Assembly: GCA_028534125.1 (NCBI GenBank)
Contig: CM052816.1
Location: 744,001-808,000, forward strand
Reading direction: 5' to 3'
Origin: Lama glama
Lineage: Eukaryota
DNA length: 64,000 nucleotides
The notes beneath the pieces were generated by a model. That model worked only from the letters and a program-made list of their open reading frames with translations. It did no database searches and was not told the DNA's origin. The translations under genes and the position numbers were made by a program. The first letter of the stretch is position 1, and each line of letters begins with the position of its first letter. Shown here in pieces: positions 48,905 through 62,079 of this stretch.

Positions 48905-51900
48905 CAGTATGATTCTGTGGAGCCTCAGCTAGGGTTCTGCATATATCAATGGTCCATTTTCATTGCTGAGTAGAATTCCTTAATACAGCTGTACTGCAGT
49001 TTGCTTAACCATTCACCTGTTGAAGGACATCTAGGTTTGTTTCCAGTTTGGGGCCATTTTGTGTAAGGCTGCTATAAACAGTTACATCTTTACAGTTTTC
49101 ATTTCTTCGGGGTAAATGCCCAGGCATGCAATTGTCGGGTTGAGTGGCAACTACATATTTAGTTTTGTAGGACCACCATCTCCTTTTCCAGAGCAATGAT
49201 ACCATTTACATTCTTACGAGCAGTGTATGACCGACCTACATTCTCTACATCCTCCACTATTTGTTGTTGTCACTTTTTTTATTTTGGCCATTCTTATAAG
49301 CGGTATCTCATGATGGTTTGAATTTGCATTTTCCCTAGTGGCTAATGATATTGGACATCTTTTCATGTGCTTATCTGCCATCCCAATATCCTCTTATGTG
49401 AAATGTTTTTTCATGACTTTCCTGTTCTTATTGAACCATTTACTTTTTTTTTTTTTAATGTTGTTTCAAGAGCTCCCTATATATTCTAGGTAATTGTCCT
49501 TTGTTGGATATGTGTTTTGCAAATATTTCCTTTTGCTCTGGAACTTGTCTTCCCATCCTTTTAACATTTTTTTTTTCTAGCAGAGCAAAAGTGTTACATT
49601 GTCATTCAGTCCGGATTGTCAGTTTTTCCATTTTAAGAATCATGTTTTTGGTGTAAAGTCTGAGAACTCTTTGCTTAGCCTTAGACCCCAAAGAGTTTTC
49701 TCCTGTTTTTTAGTTATATAATTACACGTTTTACGTTTAAGTTAATGATCTATTTAATCCATAATCTGTGATCCATTTTCATATAGGTCCATGATCTCTA
49801 ATTTTTGTATAAGGTGTGAGACTTAGGTCGAGCTTTGTATTTTTTTGCCAGTGGATATCCAGTTGCTCCAGCACCATTTGTTGAAGAGGTTATCTTTCCT
49901 CCATTGAATTGCTTTTGTTCCTTTGTAAAAAAAATCAGTTGTGCATATTTGTACAGGGCGATTCCTGGGTTCTCTGTTCTGTTTCATTGGTCTGTTTGTC
50001 TCTTTCTACTTAGTACTGCAGGATTTTGATTACTGTAACTACACATTATGTATTGAAATTGGGTAGATTGATTCCTCCCATTTTATTCTTTTTTTAAAGA
50101 ATTATTTTAGCTATTTCACTTGGTTTGCCTTTGTCTGAATTTTAGAATAATCTTGTCCATATCTACAAAAGGTCTTACTGAGATTTTGATAGGAGTTTTG
50201 TTAAACCTGTATATCCATTTGGGGAACATTGACATTTCTGGCATCTGAATCTTTCAGTCTGTGAATGCAGTCTGCCTCTCCATTTATCCATTTCTTTGAT
50301 CTCTTTGTCTCTGTTTGTAATTCTCAGCATATAAATTCTTCATGTGTTTTGTTCGATTTATACCTAGATTGTTCATTTTTTGAGCAATTGTAAGTGATAA
50401 TATATTTTTAATTTTGATGACAACATACACGTTTAGAGTATAAGGAGTTGATTTTTATATGTTTACGTTATATTCTGTGACCTTGCTGGTTTGATGCACC
50501 CAGTTTAGGGAGGGTTTTGTTTGTTTGTTTAGAGTCCTGAATTTTCTATGTAGACAATCATGTCTTCTGCAAATAAGGGCAGTTTTATTTCTTTTTTTCC
50601 AGTTTGTATGCCTTTATTTCCTTTTCTTGCCTCATTGCCTTGGCTAGAACTTCTAGCACGGTGTCAGACAGCAGTGATGAGAGCAGACACCCATCCTGGC
50701 CTTTTTCCTGCTTAGGGTGAAAGCATTCAGTCTTTCACAATTAAGAATAATGTTCATTGTGAATTTTCTGTAAATTCTCTTTATCAGGTTGAGGAAGTTT
50801 CTCACTTTCTGTTTTTCTGGAGTTTTTATTATATGTGATTATTGAATTTTATCAAAGCCTTTTCTACTTCAGTTGATATGACCATGTGAATTTTCTTTGG
50901 GCTGTTAATATTGTGGGTTATATTGGTTGCTTTTTGAATATTGAACCAACCTTGCATCCCTGGAATAAACCCTTTCTTGTCATGGTACAAAGTTCTATTT
51001 ATATATTGCTGAATTTTATTTGCTATTACTTTGTTAAGGATTTGTATATCTATATTCATGAGAAATACTGGTCAGTGGTTTTGTTTGTTTGTTTTCTTTG
51101 CTGTTTTTGTCTAGTTTTGGTCAGGGTAATACTAGTTTCAGAAGATGAATTGGAAAGTGTCTCCTCTCCTTATTTCCTAAAAGAGAGTGTGCAGAATTGT
51201 CAATTCTTTGAATATTTGATAGGATTCTCCAGTAAAACCAGATGAACCTGGGGGTGTGGTGGGGGTGGGGTGTGTGTGTGGTATTTCAATTATAGATTCA
51301 ACTTACTGAATCATTACAGGGCTATTTATACTGTTTCTTGGTGGATGAGTTGTGATAGTGTGTGTTTTTTTAAATAATTGGTTTATTTAATCAAAGTAGT
51401 CAAATTTATGCATGAAGAGTTATTTGTAGTTTTTCTTTATCATCTTTTTGTTAGGTCTGCTATCTCCCTCGTTCATTCCTGATATTGAAAATTTATACTT
51501 TTTTTTTTTGGTTAGGCTTGTTTTCAATTTTATTGATGTTTTCAAAGAACTAGCTCATTGTCCCATTGATTTTTCTCTGTTGCTTTTCTGTTTTCAATTT
51601 CATCGATTTCTGTTCTCATCTTCATTACTTACTTCATGCAGCATGTTTTGGTTGGCTTTACTATTCGCTTTCTAGGTTCTTGAGGTAGGAGCTTAGATTA
51701 CTGGTTTGAGACTTTACCTCAAATGTAAGCATTTCTGACACAAGCATTTTAGTGCTATAGGCTTCCCTGCTTTAGCTACATACTGCTGTAGTAACAGCCC
51801 ACAAATTGTAATACGATGTATTTTTGTCTACATTCACTTCAGTGTATTTTTAAATTTCCTTTGAGCCTTCTTCTTTGAACCAAGGATTATTTAGAAGTGT

Positions 51901-54490
51901 GGTGTTCTGTTTCCCAGGACTTGGGAATTTTTCTTTTATTTTTCTATTATTGATTTCTAGTTTGATTCCATTGCTTTCAGAGAACACACTCCATATGATT
52001 TCGACTCTTTCAAATTTGTTTGGAGTTTCTCCTCTCCTTCCGGGATTTTGATGATCCAGTGTATGGTCCGCCTGGGTATCTATTCTGTGAGCATTTCAAT
52101 AAGAATACATACTGTGCTGTTGATAAGTGAAGTGCTCTCTGAGTATTGATTGGATCCTGTTGGTTGATGGCGCTATTGAGCTCTTCTGTATCCTTGCTTA
52201 TTCTCTAATTGATTGTTTTATCCGTTTTTGAGAAGAGGGATGTTAAAATCTCCAACTATAGTAGTTGATTTGTCTATTTCTCCCTTTAATTCTGTCAGTT
52301 TTTGCTTCCCGCATTCTGCAGCTCACTTGTTTGGGGCATATACATTTAGGATTGCTGTGCCTTCTTGTTGGGTTGACCCTTTTATTATTATGTAATGTTC
52401 CTATCTCTCATGATTTTCTTCACTCTGATGTCTACTTATCTGGTAAATAGAGCTACTCTTTCTTTTGATTAATAATTGCGTAAGTATTTTCCATTCTTTC
52501 ACTTCCACTCAGCCTATATCATTAGGTTTGAAGTTCCTTTTAAACAGCATATATAGTTGGGGCATACTTTTTAATCCATTCTGTCAATCACTGCATTTTA
52601 ACTGATGTACATAGACCATTTGCATTTAATGTAATTATTGACATGTTAGGACTTAAGTCTTTTTTTTTTCTGTTTGTTCTGTTTTTTGTTTCTTTTCTTT
52701 TCCTTGCCTTCCTGTGAGTTGCTCGAACATTTTGAAGAATTCAGTTTTGATTTACCTAGTGTGTTGTCAAGTGTATATCTTTGTATCGTTAAAAAAAAAT
52801 ACTCAAGTGATGCTTGTTAAAGATGGTAAGGCACGCTTCATTCAGGACCACTGCCGTAGATGTAGGGACCACTGCAGTGGGATTTTACAGTAGAGGAGAG
52901 AGATGGGGCTTAACTCCAAACACAGCATGAGCAAGTGGGAATTTATAGCTTATAGCCAAGGAGCAGACTTGGGGGAGGTCGGTGGATGGAAAATTACTAA
53001 GAGGAAGTATAAAGGATAAAAGGGATTCGGGCTAGACCAACCTACCAGGATTCTTGCTGAAGACAGGCCAGGGTGATGAGCCATCACCTAGGGGATGATG
53101 AGGGATGAGGAACCCAATCAGACATGGAAAACAGGAGGTTCTACTAAAACTGACTCATGCTAAAATTGGGTTTTACAAGGAGGTGCATAGATGGGCCCAG
53201 GGGAAGTTTCAGGAACCTGACTAAGGTTTGGTCAAGCAGAGAATCTTTGTCAATATACCTTTTCAGTGACTGCTCTAAGTATTATATATACATAACTTAA
53301 CACAATGCTTTGCATCCCTTCCCCCTCCCCCTTTTATACTTCAGTTGAGTTAAATAGTTTCTCTACATTTAGAACCACGTCAGACAGTGTTATAACCTTT
53401 GCTTCAACTATCAAACCTTACTTAGGAAACTTAAAAAGGGGATGGAAAGCCTGTATTTACTCATATTTCGGCTTAACATTTTCTTTCTTCCTCTCTTATG
53501 TTCCACGGTTCCTCCTTTTGTTGTTTCCTTTATGTTTAGAGAATTTTCTTTAGCCACTCTTTTAGGATAAGTCTGCTGGCGATAAATAAGCTGTACTTAT
53601 TTTTGACTCATCTGAGGGTGTCTCGATTCCTCCTTCATCCCTGAAGGGTATTGTCATCAGATGTAGGATCCACAGTTGACAGTTGTCTCTCAGCAGTTGA
53701 AAAACACGGTGTCCCTTCCTTCTCGCCTCCATGACTTCTGACCAGAAACCTGCCATCCTTCAAATTTCATTTTCTCTTGTAGGGAAGGTTTCATTTTTCT
53801 CTGGCTACTTCTAAGATTTTTGTTTTTCTGATTTTGTCTTCAGGTTTCAGAAGTTTATCTTGATGTGTCTTGGCATGGATTTCTTTGGATTTATCTGTTT
53901 GGAGTTTACTTCACTTTTTGATTCTGTGGGCTTATGTCTCTTTTCAAATCTGGGAAGTCTTGAGTCAGTTTTCTCTTCGAGTACTTTTTCAGTCCCACTG
54001 ACTGAGAGTTCTGGGACCCTGATGACACAGATGTCATCTTTTGTTGCCGTTCCAGAGTTAACCTGAGACTCTGTTCATGTTTTCTTGGTCTGTTTTCTCT
54101 GTTTTTCAGATTGGACAATTTCTCTTTTTTTTTCCTTCAAGTTGGCTGACTTTTTTCTGCCCCTCCGTTCTGCTATTGAGCCCATCTACTGAGCTTTTTA
54201 TTTCAGTATTGTGGTTTTCAGTTCTAATGTTTCCATACATTGTTGATGTATCCAGTTACTGTTTAAATCTTCTGTGTTTTGTTTTTGTTTTGCCAAGACC
54301 TTCTATTTCTTTGCTCTTTATTTTTTCAGTTGTTTTAAGCATTCTTGTAATTGCTCATTACAGCATTTTTATCACAGCTTCTTCCTTTGTCATTAGTTCT
54401 CACATCTCTGCCATCTCATTGTTGGCACCTAGTGACAGTCCTTTTTTAAATTCAGTTTGACATTTTCCTGGTTCTTGATATAGTGAGTGA
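48905..54490 (-). mobile_element. Long ancient L1 (3' region, ORF2 and ORF1 remnants), antisense in the ZNF496 intron
   Basis: ORF2 RT remnant MNIDIQILNKVIANKIQQYI...GFIPGMQGWFNI (50829-51059); ORF1 remnant SEVMEARRKGHRVFQLLRDNCQLWIL...FRDEGGI (53562-53756). Confidence 0.9.
52787..53252 (-). mobile_element. MER67-like ERV1 solo LTR nested in L1
   Basis: Minus strand begins tgacaaagattctctgcttgaccaaaccttagtcagg; flanks gtat/atat. Confidence 0.8.
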
Positions 54491-54496
54491 TCTTCT

Positions 54497-54996
54497 NNNN
54501 NNNNNNNNNNNNNNNNNNNNNNNNNNNNNNNNNNNNNNNNNNNNNNNNNNNNNNNNNNNNNNNNNNNNNNNNNNNNNNNNNNNNNNNNNNNNNNNNNNNN
54601 NNNNNNNNNNNNNNNNNNNNNNNNNNNNNNNNNNNNNNNNNNNNNNNNNNNNNNNNNNNNNNNNNNNNNNNNNNNNNNNNNNNNNNNNNNNNNNNNNNNN
54701 NNNNNNNNNNNNNNNNNNNNNNNNNNNNNNNNNNNNNNNNNNNNNNNNNNNNNNNNNNNNNNNNNNNNNNNNNNNNNNNNNNNNNNNNNNNNNNNNNNNN
54801 NNNNNNNNNNNNNNNNNNNNNNNNNNNNNNNNNNNNNNNNNNNNNNNNNNNNNNNNNNNNNNNNNNNNNNNNNNNNNNNNNNNNNNNNNNNNNNNNNNNN
54901 NNNNNNNNNNNNNNNNNNNNNNNNNNNNNNNNNNNNNNNNNNNNNNNNNNNNNNNNNNNNNNNNNNNNNNNNNNNNNNNNNNNNNNNNNNNNNNNN
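54497..54996. other. Assembly gap (500 N)
   Basis: N run. Confidence 0.99.
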
Positions 54997-56592
54997 CTTG
55001 GAGGTTGGTCCTTGTCAAAAGTGGAGTTTTGATCAGGCACAAACACTTCTGCTTGCAGCAAAATGTAGAGAATTAGATGACACTTACGTCACCTCCTCAG
55101 TTCCATCAAACAAGCTGAGGTACATTTCTTATTAGCAACAAAATTTGATAACTGTCTTGTCCTAAAAGTAACGGTCAGTGCCCATCAGTGCTCCAACAGA
55201 AACAAGTCTACAGGTTAGGTAACGTGAATGAGAAGGCAGTGTAGCCAGGAAGGGAGCACTGGGGGGGGAAGACTGGATGACCAGGCTCTCCTGCAGTCCT
55301 GTCCCACGGCTAAGGCATCCCGCGTCCGCAGGCTGGTTATTAGGGATCATAAGTTCAAGGGCAAAGCCTGGGGTTCCATTTATACCTACTTTGATCATCC
55401 CATTACCAATTGGGAAATTTATCTTCTCTCTCAGCCATAGCCTATAACCGAGGTACCAGGATTAACGTGCATATAATCACCAAGGTCCACTGCAGGGTTA
55501 TCAATTCTCCACAAGAAGATGCAGAACTCTTTTAAGAAGAAATGGAAGAGCAGATTCCTCAGAAATACAGAGAAGTGAGAAAGGCCAGGCTTACCTTGCA
55601 TGACTTGGCTACGGCCAAGGCTGTCACAGGCAGGCTGGTAACCCCCGCAAGACAAAGCAGTGTCTCCTCACACACAACTAAATGGCAGGGGATTACCCTT
55701 TTCCCATCATCTGCTAAAAAAAAACAATTTGGTACAGTTGTGTCTATGCTAGCCTACTGTATACAGGTCTTTTTACGTCTCGTCAGAAGAGGATCTGGGG
55801 TAGGAAAGAGTATAAACTCAGGTGGCAATCATGCCAACACTTTGCATCTTCAGCAAACATTAACTTGTTGAGTTACAGGCAAGGGGAGTTGGGGATGGAG
55901 TTGGCTAAGAGTGGCTGGACGAAATTTATCTTGGTCTCCTCTTTGGCCGCTCATATTTTCCTAAAATGGCTCGGCTGATGTTAAGATGATATTCTGCGGT
56001 GATGATCTGAAAACCTAACTAGCAACTTCCTCTGACCATCTGCTCAGGAAGCAAGGCGTCTGACCAGATGTGCACTCACCAGATTGACAGAAGCCGAACC
56101 GGGTGCTCCAGCAAAGATGGCCACCGAGGTGGGAGAGCCCAGGGGCCCCGCAACCGTAAGGCAGTCTCCGGTCCCTGTGGAGGTTTTCATGTGGCTGCTT
56201 TTGGTGACAGCAGAGAACTTCGGCTTGGGCACACTCTGTCCTGTGAGAAAGTGTTAAGCAGGTGGGCAGTCGTGGGGTTCAGAGAGGCTGAGCATGGACA
56301 CAGTTCGTAGTCAGAAGGAAGAGGGTGGGCGCATACCTGGTTCATCGTCTCAACGCTTTCTCCACGGCTTACCACCACGGGCAGAGACCTCCTTGCGTTC
56401 ACCTGTTTACATCATCAGCTCAGGGCTGGATACAAAATGAGATCTTGTAAAAGGTGCACGTCATCACTTCTGCCCTCCCAAGAGAGACTGGACTCCTAGT
56501 GGAACAGCGGCTTGGACACCGGCTTGGTCAGGTGCTGAGAAGAGCCTGCTGCCATCCTGACGCCGATTCTCTGACACCAACTGGGTGTCCAC

Positions 56593-56870
56593 TGTGGACC
56601 GGGAGTGTTGCCCACCATTCCAGTAAACAAAGCATCTTGCCCGTTATTCTGCAAAACAAGGGTCAAGCCACCAGCCACTGCAGCTCCACCCTCCTACTGT
56701 GCACTCTGAAGGGAATTCAGGATACAGAAAAACAGGAAGAACTATGTGCTTTGGACACTGGCCCTGTATGTTAAGATGCATATCTAAGGCATAATTTCAC
56801 TGAGCCCAGATTCTTGCATCTTCCCATCCTTAGAAAAGTGCTAAAATCATTAACTTGAGATGCCTGTGTT
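56593..56870 (+). mobile_element. Truncated third copy of the 21036/32598 LTR family
   Basis: ggacactggccct...tgagcccagattcttgcatcttccca...agaaaagtgctaaaatcattaacttgagat is the reverse complement of those copies. Confidence 0.8.
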
Positions 56871-56959
56871 CACTGCCCCATTAGGAGGGACAATCTGAGA
56901 TCATGGAACACATGAGTTTTATTTTTTGTCACTGTTTTGGGTGGAAGTGAGATTTTTTT

Positions 56960-59900
56960 TAGAGTTGGGTTTTAAGAGGCAGAGGAAAACAAGTTACTTT
57001 TTTTTGCTGGCCACTTGGGAAGAAGCCGAAGACAAAGGCTTGTCTGAAGCCAGACAGCCTCCTCGTCCCTGAACCGGAGCTCATCTCCTTTGGGGAAGGC
57101 CCTTCCCTCCTGAGGAGGTCAGTGCAACGGCCCAGGTGCTTCCTCCCGGCTCCGTTTTAGAGAGCTCTCTTAGCAACAGTGACCCCATTCCCCCCCCACA
57201 TTTCTCCCTTTTCATCGAGACCTTTCTTTGGAAAGCATCGGTGATAAACCATTTAGTTATTTGTTATTGGCGTCAACTTCCTTGATGCTGGGAAGGCTCG
57301 TTATCAGAGAGTCATGTCCCACGGAGGAAGAAAGAGGAATGCTTTTAGAGAGCTTTTGGCCACATTTGGGCAGCAAGGAGCCATCTAGGAAGTGAGTCTT
57401 AGGTGGTGTTCGAAATAGGAGGAATTAATGATCTTCATAAGGAGGAAGCTTACAGGAGTGGTCAGTTCTCTCTAGACACCAACCCATCATTACTCCTGTG
57501 GAGGATGTCACAGCACAGCAGTGAGAGACGCAAAGAATAAACAGTTTAATGTGATTTCAAAATTAGTCTAGTTTCAATAAACTTGGCCTGATAATTTACA
57601 TAAGTGTAAGAAGAATAGTAATTAATCATATAGGCTCTTTTAAATTTACTTCACTAGAACTTTTCCCAAGGAATCTCAGATTGAACTTTTAAAGGCCTCT
57701 CGAGGCCAGGAAAGCTAAGCCAACAATTGCCATCAGACTTTACCTGCAATAACTATAGATTTGGGAGAATTCCTGTCTTCTTTAGGTTCCCACAATATCT
57801 TGGAGTTCCTGCACCTGCCATAAAGTGACTTTCCTTACTCATCTGGTTTGGCTGCTGGGAACCCTGTAAGCAAGGTACCAGGCCGGTTTTTCAAGGGTCT
57901 TTATTGACTCCATAAAGTCAGTCTTTGTTCCTTAAAGCTGACTGATCGTATGTGAGTTAATGCATGTCTCAGTCGAATATGACGTACCAGTCAAAGCCTT
58001 GGTATTACAACCATTGTTTCCAATTGTGTCCTGTTATAAAGAGAACAGATTCTTACTGAGCTTATTTAAATAACTCTATTGCCATGAAAATAAGAACACT
58101 TATTAAGAGTTTCCAAATTCTAGAGGAATAGGCAGGAAGAAAAAGATAAATGTTTTATCTTTGTTTGCAAAGGTCTACTTTATCAAATTGCTGCATGTCA
58201 CAGATAGCTTGAGAGAACAGGTTTCCTTAAATCTGGAAGAGCAAAACACAAAAGAACCAGCAATGCTTAAAACAAAAAGTCATACAAATTATTCTATCCT
58301 CATCAGTTTATTCAGTTCCATGCAATTTGTTCTTGATCTTGATCTTCTGTTAGCAGTTTTATGAAGCTATCAATTTCTCTGTTAGAGTTCTATAAATTCT
58401 TAACCAGTTCAATGGTATGATCCAAAAGTTTATCAGAAACCTGTACTCTAGAGTAAGTGTCCTTTTCATGAACCTTACTGAATTTAAAACATATTTGTAA
58501 AAGCATCGGAGCAAAACAATGACTCTGTAAATTACAGAAGACAAAAATTTTCATTATTGAAGATCTGAGAGTTCATTGTAATGGAATTGACAAGGCAGTT
58601 TGGTTATTTCTGGGACAAACTACTTTAAAATAATACATAGAATTATGAATAATAACATTATACCAGGACATACCAGATTTCCAGGAATCGCACACACTTT
58701 CTGAAATACTGTAACATATACCTGTATACAGACACAACATGAAGAAGCCTTGTTTGCTTTTATTTGACAGTGTTTCCCATGTAACTTAACAGATCAAGTA
58801 AGTCTAACTACTTAAACATCTTTCTTTTTGTAAGAAGAGAGAACAGACCTTGAGATATATCAGGGGCCCTCTGAAATAGCTCATATCTCAAAGTTACTTG
58901 TAAGTTAAAAATTCATTTAGAATTAAGATTCTTGGAAATTTGTTAAAATATCTAAAAGTTTTAAAAACACTTAGATAGAATCACAGGTCACTGTGAAACA
59001 ACCAAAATGACAAAGACTTCACAAACATAGAAGGTTATATGGTTCTAAGAAAAACTTAACTCTTTTAATATCAAGAGGACTAGGTTTACTTAAGTAATCA
59101 AAGACCTGATAAAACAATATAGAACACAAGTATTCTGACAAGACAGAAGATTTTTTTTTTCTACCTAGGCATATTACCTAAAGGTAAAGAAAACCTTTGA
59201 TTACAGTTTCTCATTAAGACCAGAACAATAATCTAAGAAAACTTTTTCCTTTTAACAGAGAGAAAAAGCTAATTTTAATTTTACACCAGGTTACTTTTGA
59301 TATTAAAACTCATTTACTTAATTTAATGTATTACAGGTTTAGCTAGTCCTGACAACACATAAAATTCCTTTATAAAGATTCTCTTTTCCACAAACCTCGT
59401 ACAACTTTATATATCCATTTTATTTGTACCTTGCTTTCCTTCCCATTTAGAAACAACCAGCTTTAGGAAAAAAATTCTTTTTCCTTAACAAATGCATTTC
59501 CTTTCCTTATACCTTTAAAAAATTCCTTGCACACAAAGATATTATCCTTATTAATATTAGCAGCTCCAATTACATATATTAATTAGGATTTTTAACTCTT
59601 AAAAACCTTAATTTATAGTAAAAACTAAGAAGTAAGCAGTTGTGAACTATTTGTTATATATGTATTTTTTTGGATTGGCAAACTTATGAATACATTTTAT
59701 TATTTCTAGACATAGACATTTCCTCAAAGCATAATTTTTTCTTACAATGTGGTACAAGATAGGTTTCTAATAGACCCAAATATCTTTAGTTTTTCTGTAA
59801 TAAGACAAAAGTAGGTCAATTTAGACCTGTTTAGCAATTATTATTTCAATATTTTATCTTATTTGGAAATGATCTAGCCACTCAATGAATTCCCATTAAC

Positions 59901-62075
59901 TTAGCAAAATATTAAAGTTTCAAGTCACCAAAAGACTGTGGAAGTTATTTTTAAGTAGTCATAGCATAAAACATAATTATTCTTAAAGAATTCACCTAAA
60001 AACTTGTATACCAATTACATTTAATTTAGTTATAAAATCTCATTATACAGTTATGTTTCTTGGAGGCAAATTCTGTTAACACATAACATAAACTTACTGG
60101 ACTTTTAGTAAACCTAGGTATAATCAAAGTATTATACTTTGTGTTGATAACTCTAATGTCCATATTAATTAAAACAATCTCAAACTCTCCTTAGTACCAA
60201 ATATTTTCTCAGATCACATAAACCTGACATTTATTTGAGTTAATTTCTGTTATACTTCTGAGAGTATACTCAATTTATATGGTACTTGTTTGCTTTAAAT
60301 CAATTAAATAGAAATCATTTTCAAATTACCTTTGATAATACCACCCAGAGGTGGGAAAATGCCATATCTAAAATGTGCATGTTCCTGGGTTCAATCCCCA
60401 GTACTTCCATTTGAAAAAAAAAAAAGGTGACAATTTTATGAACCACAACTATTTGTAATACACATGGAGAAAAATAAAATTATTAACAACATCAACAAAA
60501 TTATAAAAATAAAAATAAAAAATAAAATGTGCATGCGTACCTGTACATACAGACAGACAGGCACAGACAGAGATCTAAGTTTTCATTTTAAAACTTTGCT
60601 TATGAATCTGGTGTGATACAGAACTCCCTAGTTTATAAATAACAGTAGAATAAATCGTCTACTAGCTCAGGCATTTGTGAAGACTTTTAACATATGCATA
60701 TATGCTTGACAATTTTAAGAAGGCTGTTTGGGAAAGAGGGTTCTCTTAGTAGTTTGTGTTTTAAAAGGCCTCTCTTCCTTTTTTTACCCCCCTTGTAAGT
60801 ATTAGGACTTGGAGATGGTCTAGGTAAGAGTTCCTATAGGGGTGACAAGACTTTGGAGATAAACAGAGGATGTTTTGGGTGAAAGTTGAATTTCCTCTAC
60901 AGCTGCATTTCCAGTCTTGCAAAAATTTGTGATTTGTAACTTAAATTACATCATTGGTAGATCCACCCATCCAACTGCGTTATGCCTGGTTTTAAAAGGA
61001 GTTGTTACAGGAGGGGTAGTATGGCTAACCTTCTATGGAGGATCAACCTCAGCATTATAAAAAGGAAGTTCAGAGAGAGATGAGTAGCAAAGAGAAGAAC
61101 ATCGTGGTGGACATTCAGAGGAAGAGGAAGGATCAGAGGAAGCTAGAGAGAGATTCTGCTCAGAAGCCTCAGAGGATTTTTCCAATTTAGAAATCCTTTG
61201 AGAAAATTGTGAATTATTGCTTTCTCTGAGGGAAGCAATAGTGGATTCATTATTACATGTGGAGGCCTCAGAACACCAACTGAAATGTGCTTCTCATGGT
61301 AATCATTGTGTTATGTACAGAAATATCAAATCACTATGATGTGCACCTGCAACTAATGTAGTGTTGTAGACCAATTATACTTCAATTAAAAAAGTGTTCC
61401 CCATTCTTGTTGTTTTGTTCCAGAGCTTTTCTCTGAGTGCACAAATAAACTAATTTAGGATTCCCAAATGAGCCTCAAGTTGGCCAATTTAATTGTAAAT
61501 CATCTCAGGTAGTTATAGTCTGGTGAAATTAATACTTGCAGAATGAGGGCCCAAAGTCTTGTATATAAAACAAGTTCCAGAAGAAGCTGCTTCGCAGCCT
61601 TCCCCTTATACAGTGAACTTCCCATCGTTCCAAAAATAATTACTCACAAAGACAAAACAGGAAATATAGTCCTGAGGACAGAAGCCACTGCAGAGGACAT
61701 CTAAATAAGCTAGAACCTCTACCAAGGCAGGGTATTCAGGTGTAGGAGGAGTTACCTCTACAATCCAGGATCACTGAGGAGACTCTCTATGCTATCTTGT
61801 CAATGAATTCTTGTAGGTCCCTTACTCAAATCAGTGGTGGTGCTGGAGGAGGGGACAGGTTGCTCTATATCTCACTTCTGACACCATAATGTTGACCATA
61901 AAAAAAATAAACAAAACCACACACACAGAGAAGGGTACAAATTGGTTTATTTGGGAATCTTAGAAATTGCAATTTAGGAGACATATTTGGGCAAAATGAA
62001 GTATTCTGGGGAAGAGAAAGAGTAAGGGGTTTATAAAGGCAGAAGTCTCAAGGCTGTTAGAGGGTCGTCTTGAAA
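56960..62075 (-). mobile_element. Non-autonomous ERV (MER4-group-like) provirus remnant
   Basis: PBS TGGTGTCAGAAGTGAGAT (61886-61869; 17/18 to tRNA-Leu) 3 nt after an LTR end at 61890; PPT AAAAGGGAGAAA (57212-57201) followed by TG; AT-rich internal region without long ORFs. Confidence 0.8.
60382..60522 (+). mobile_element. 5'-truncated SINE plus unique 3' extension inside one TSD
   Basis: Perfect 13-bp TSD taaaatgtgcatg at 60369-60381 and 60523-60535. Confidence 0.85.
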
Positions 62076-62079
62076 TACA

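Noticed and set aside
54997..56590. Possible env remnant or ZNF496 exon
   Set aside because: It lies outside the PPT/3' LTR, and no env (furin site, ISD, CX6CC) or KRAB motif was recognised by eye; left unclassified.
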